Assembly (NCBI GenBank): GCA_021613535.1 | Contig: CP075495.1 | Coordinates: 1,302,001-1,366,000, forward strand | Direction: 5' to 3' | Source: Adineta vaga | Taxonomy: Eukaryota; Animalia; Rotifera | Length of the DNA stretch: 64,000 nucleotides | Shown: positions 60,944 to 64,000 of the stretch, piece after piece | Position numbering within the stretch: position 1 is the first letter of the stretch | Layout: each line of letters opens with the position of its first letter | Position numbers and translations under genes: made by a program | Notes under the pieces: model-generated | The model's input: only the letters and a program-made list of their open reading frames with translations | Told to the model about the DNA's origin: nothing | The model's database searches: none

Positions 60944-62636
60944 TTAACATGGTGGATATTTAGTTTGTAAATAATTAATTAAACTTTGTGTTTGTGTGAT
61001 ATTATATTCTTTCCAAATTGTCACCGTTGGATCATTAAATTGAGTACTTTTTTCATATTCTATTGTTCCTACACTATATTTAAGACCCGTTTTCGAAATA
61101 TCAGTTCCATTCAATAACCAAGTTTTTCCTTGATCAGGTGTTGTAATTCCACAATATGCGAGATATGTTCCACTACCTTTTGCTGATTGACTATGTGTTA
61201 AAACATTAGCAAGATAGTCACCGGGTACGGATAATGAAAAGAGATTATCTTGAAAAGGAAAGACACGTAAAATATCATATTGAGTAATTTTTCCTCGAAG
61301 AATATCATCAATACGAATAGAACCCGTATTAAAAACTCCAATTATTGTATTATTTGTCGATGTAATTTGTAAAATACTTTCACAAGCATTATCAGTTAAT
61401 AATGTCGGAAAATTTCGTACCGATACTGAACGACCATCAAGTTCAACATTTGTTGGTAAACAAGAAACAGTTTTATTTGGTTGAAAACCCATTTGTTCAA
61501 AACCTTTAATACCTAAATCAAACCAATAATTTGCAACTTGAGCTGTTTTAGGTTCTTCCTCTAATTCCGGTGTAACTGGTGTTAATGTTCGATAGACACG
61601 AAATCGTTTAGTTTTTAAATTAAATGCACATCGATGAATATAAAGAGTATATGCATTGGCATCTGCTTTTGTTATTGGAATATATGTTGGCCCACGTGCT
61701 AAAAAATAATCTTCATGTTCATGTCCACCTAAGATTAAATTAATTTCAGGAATTTTTTCTGATAATTGTATATCTGTTTCCAAATCTAAATGTGTTAATG
61801 CAATGAGAACATCATATTTATCACGAGGTATTGATTGAAGAAATTGTTGAACAAATGGTATTAATGATGTTTGATTAACAATATAAATATATGGTTTAAC
61901 AACATCAATTACTAAACCAATAAAAAGAACTTGAATATTATTGATTGTTTGAATTTTATATGAAATACTGGAATAAAATGATTTTTCACTTCCATGATGA
62001 AATACATTCGATGCAATCCATGTAAATGTTGATTCATTCATTCGAGCAATAAGTTCAGTTTCATTAAGATCAAATTCATGATTACCAAATGTAACAAAAT
62101 CAACTCCTAATGTATTTAAAGATGCAATCATTTGTCGACCATTTAACGTTGTACCATTTATTCTTGCTTGACTCAATGCTGATGGTGAAAGAAAATCACC
62201 AGATAATATCGTATATGTTTGAACATTTTCTTCTAATAATAATTGTCGAACACGTGCAACACGAGCTAAACCACCTTTTCGACCTTGATCTAAAGGTAAC
62301 ATTTCATAAACATCATTCATTTGTAAAATTGTCCATTGAACATAATCACCATCATTTGGTAAACGAATTGGAAAACCAATTGTACCTTTATCAACTGCAT
62401 AAACATCATTTGAAGATGAACGAGATTTTGCACGATTCCATGCAATACCAAATATAATTGTTGTAATCGTTAAACTAATTATTATAAGACATAATAATAT
62501 ATTAATTATTAAACGATTTCTTGGTTGACAAGATACAGATTGTAATGAATGTAAATCTAATCTCTAAATTCGGAAATATATATTGTAGAATAGAAATTCT
62601 TTATGAATATATACTAACTGTATGTTCTGTAGCCAT
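60944..62636 (-). CDS. Bacterial-type bifunctional metallophosphatase / 5'-nucleotidase with N-terminal TM anchor (exons 62636-62619, 62563-60944)
   Basis: ILQMNDVYE, GGLARV, GDFLSPS, GNHEFD, ALTH, LILGGHEH, N.GSIR, FPF. The in-frame upstream extension encodes LIINILLCLIISLTITTIIFGIAW. Confidence 0.92.
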
Positions 62637-63160
62637 AGATATGTTTCTTTTCAAATAGATATGAAAGTATTTCAAAAGAAGTCTTCAATACGAATTACCA
62701 GAGAGAAGAAAAAAAAATGCGTTCGACTATATTCATAATATTTCTATTTGCACTTAAGATAAACTGATAAGTACATGTGTTTGATAACTAATAATAAATA
62801 AGATTGAATTGAAAGTCTTTTTTTCTTTTTCAATAAAACATCTGGTCGACACATAACTTTTTGAATATGGTAAATCCAATACAGATTAACATTAAAACCT
62901 TTGTCAACAACGAACAGGATTAATAAAGTCAAAGGAATTACTATTTGCTATGTCTATACCAATCGTTTGATTACGATTTCTTTACTATATAAAAATTCTA
63001 AAATCATATACAATGAATATCTTCAATGGAGTTCTTGTGCATACGATTTGATCTTAACGTTGATATCATTCAATAAAAGAAAATCTATATGCGATTATAA
63101 TTCACATTTATTCAACGATCTATATCAACTACATTTACAATAGATAAACAAATAAAATTG

Positions 63161-63802
63161 TCAACTACAAGTACATTTCTTATGCTTATATTTTGTTCTT
63201 TGTGTTGATAAAATATCTGTTGATGGTTCGAGAAAATGCATAAGAAATAAATCAGTTTGAATTCGAAAAGCTTTGTTTAATGCTAATAAACTAGTTTTTT
63301 TCATAGATTGATCTAAATTATCATGAGAACAAATAATTTCAATAATAAGATTTTCTATATAAGTTAACGTTGTATTTATATGAAGATATTCCACATTAAT
63401 CGATCTTGAACCCATTTTACTTGTATGCATACGACCAACACGTGATAAATAATCAAGAAATTCATCTGTCCATTCACGTTGTAAAATTAAACGTTTTAAA
63501 TAACCACTTAACATATCTTTTCGATAAATCATTTGTGTACATTCTAATGAAAGATCATCATTTGTATTTATTGATCCATCAAATTGATTATTAGTCATAA
63601 TGAAATGATGTTTTGTAACATTATATTGAAATAATTTTCTATAAACTCCATCAACAATTACAGGAACACGTGGTAATACTATTGGTGCAAGTGTATTTAA
63701 TATACTAATATCTTCAGAAGTAAAATTAATAAATTTAGAAAAATATTCGAAACGATAACGAACATCAGTAGTTAATTTATTACTATCTATATGTTCCACC
63801 AT
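63161..63802 (-). CDS. Single-domain sensor-type globin (protoglobin family), intronless
   Basis: RFEYFSKFINFTSEDI, IVDGVYRKLF, RKDMLSGYL, YLSRVGRMH (proximal His), INVEYLHIN, ALNK. First ATG at 63802; ends KYKHKKCTCS*. Confidence 0.88.
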   Translation of the reverse strand: MVEHIDSNKLTTDVRYRFEYFSKFINFTSEDISILNTLAPIVLPRVPVIVDGVYRKLFQYNVTKHHFIMTNNQFDGSINTNDDLSLECTQMIYRKDMLSGYLKRLILQREWTDEFLDYLSRVGRMHTSKMGSRSINVEYLHINTTLTYIENLIIEIICSHDNLDQSMKKTSLLALNKAFRIQTDLFLMHFLEPSTDILSTQRTKYKHKKCTCS

Positions 63803-64000
63803 TGGTACTAATATGAGAAAATAAATGGAAGAGTTTTCTATTCCTATCAAATAAAGAAAATAAATACATCTTTTCTTTTTTGCTCAATTTATTCTTTCAT
63901 CTGTCATATAAACATTAACACACACGCACACGCACACGACTAGACGTGCTTTATAATTACATTTGTATTCGAATAAATTTGACAAATATCTTTAAATATG

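Noticed and set aside
1453-62636. A coordinated NAD-metabolism cluster (sirtuin, ART, AKR, ADH, 5'-nucleotidase)
   Set aside because: The genes are spread over 60 kb on both strands among unrelated housekeeping genes, and these families are common.
13694-63802. Bacterial or fungal contamination as the source of the foreign-looking genes
   Set aside because: They are contiguous with intron-rich metazoan genes, share the AT-rich codon usage, and three of them contain GT-AG introns.

Overview
Eukaryotic, very AT-rich, gene-dense DNA with many short (mostly ~45-65 nt) GT-AG introns. The gene content points to a bdelloid rotifer (inference, no search run): an ART-NHL fusion, a bdelloid-type F-box-like protein, and many bacterial- or fungal-looking genes mixed with metazoan housekeeping genes. 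About 27 protein genes can be supported. Core genes: class IV sirtuin, two peptide-type GPCRs, DUSP, eIF3g, SMYD, TSR1, TBC Rab-GAP, USP20/33, GT31, O-GlcNAcase, aldo-keto reductase, a double-Tudor protein, two NCS paralogs, an RBR E3 and BLOC1S1. Probable horizontally acquired genes: DUF1152, a fungal-type SLC10A7/SBF transporter, a con-13-like HExxH protein, an AdhP-type ADH, a bacterial-type 5'-nucleotidase and a protoglobin. The most striking pattern is that several foreign-looking genes carry eukaryotic membrane-targeting additions. The protoglobin ends in a CaaX box (CTCS), DUF1152 ends in one (CLVI) that is reachable only across a 1-nt frameshift, the nucleotidase has an N-terminal transmembrane anchor, and the transporter has an extra N-terminal domain. 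The RBR ligase also ends in CaaX (CNIF). Non-coding structure includes a TIR element with a TAA duplication holding a nested 8-bp-TSD MITE just upstream of the ART gene, two DINE-1/HINE-like elements, a foldback element, telomere-like hexamers, a three-copy dispersed repeat, and a tightly packed co-directional gene run that may be polycistronic. No rRNA, tRNA or CRISPR was found. Exon boundaries were read by eye, and family and donor assignments rest on recalled motifs.
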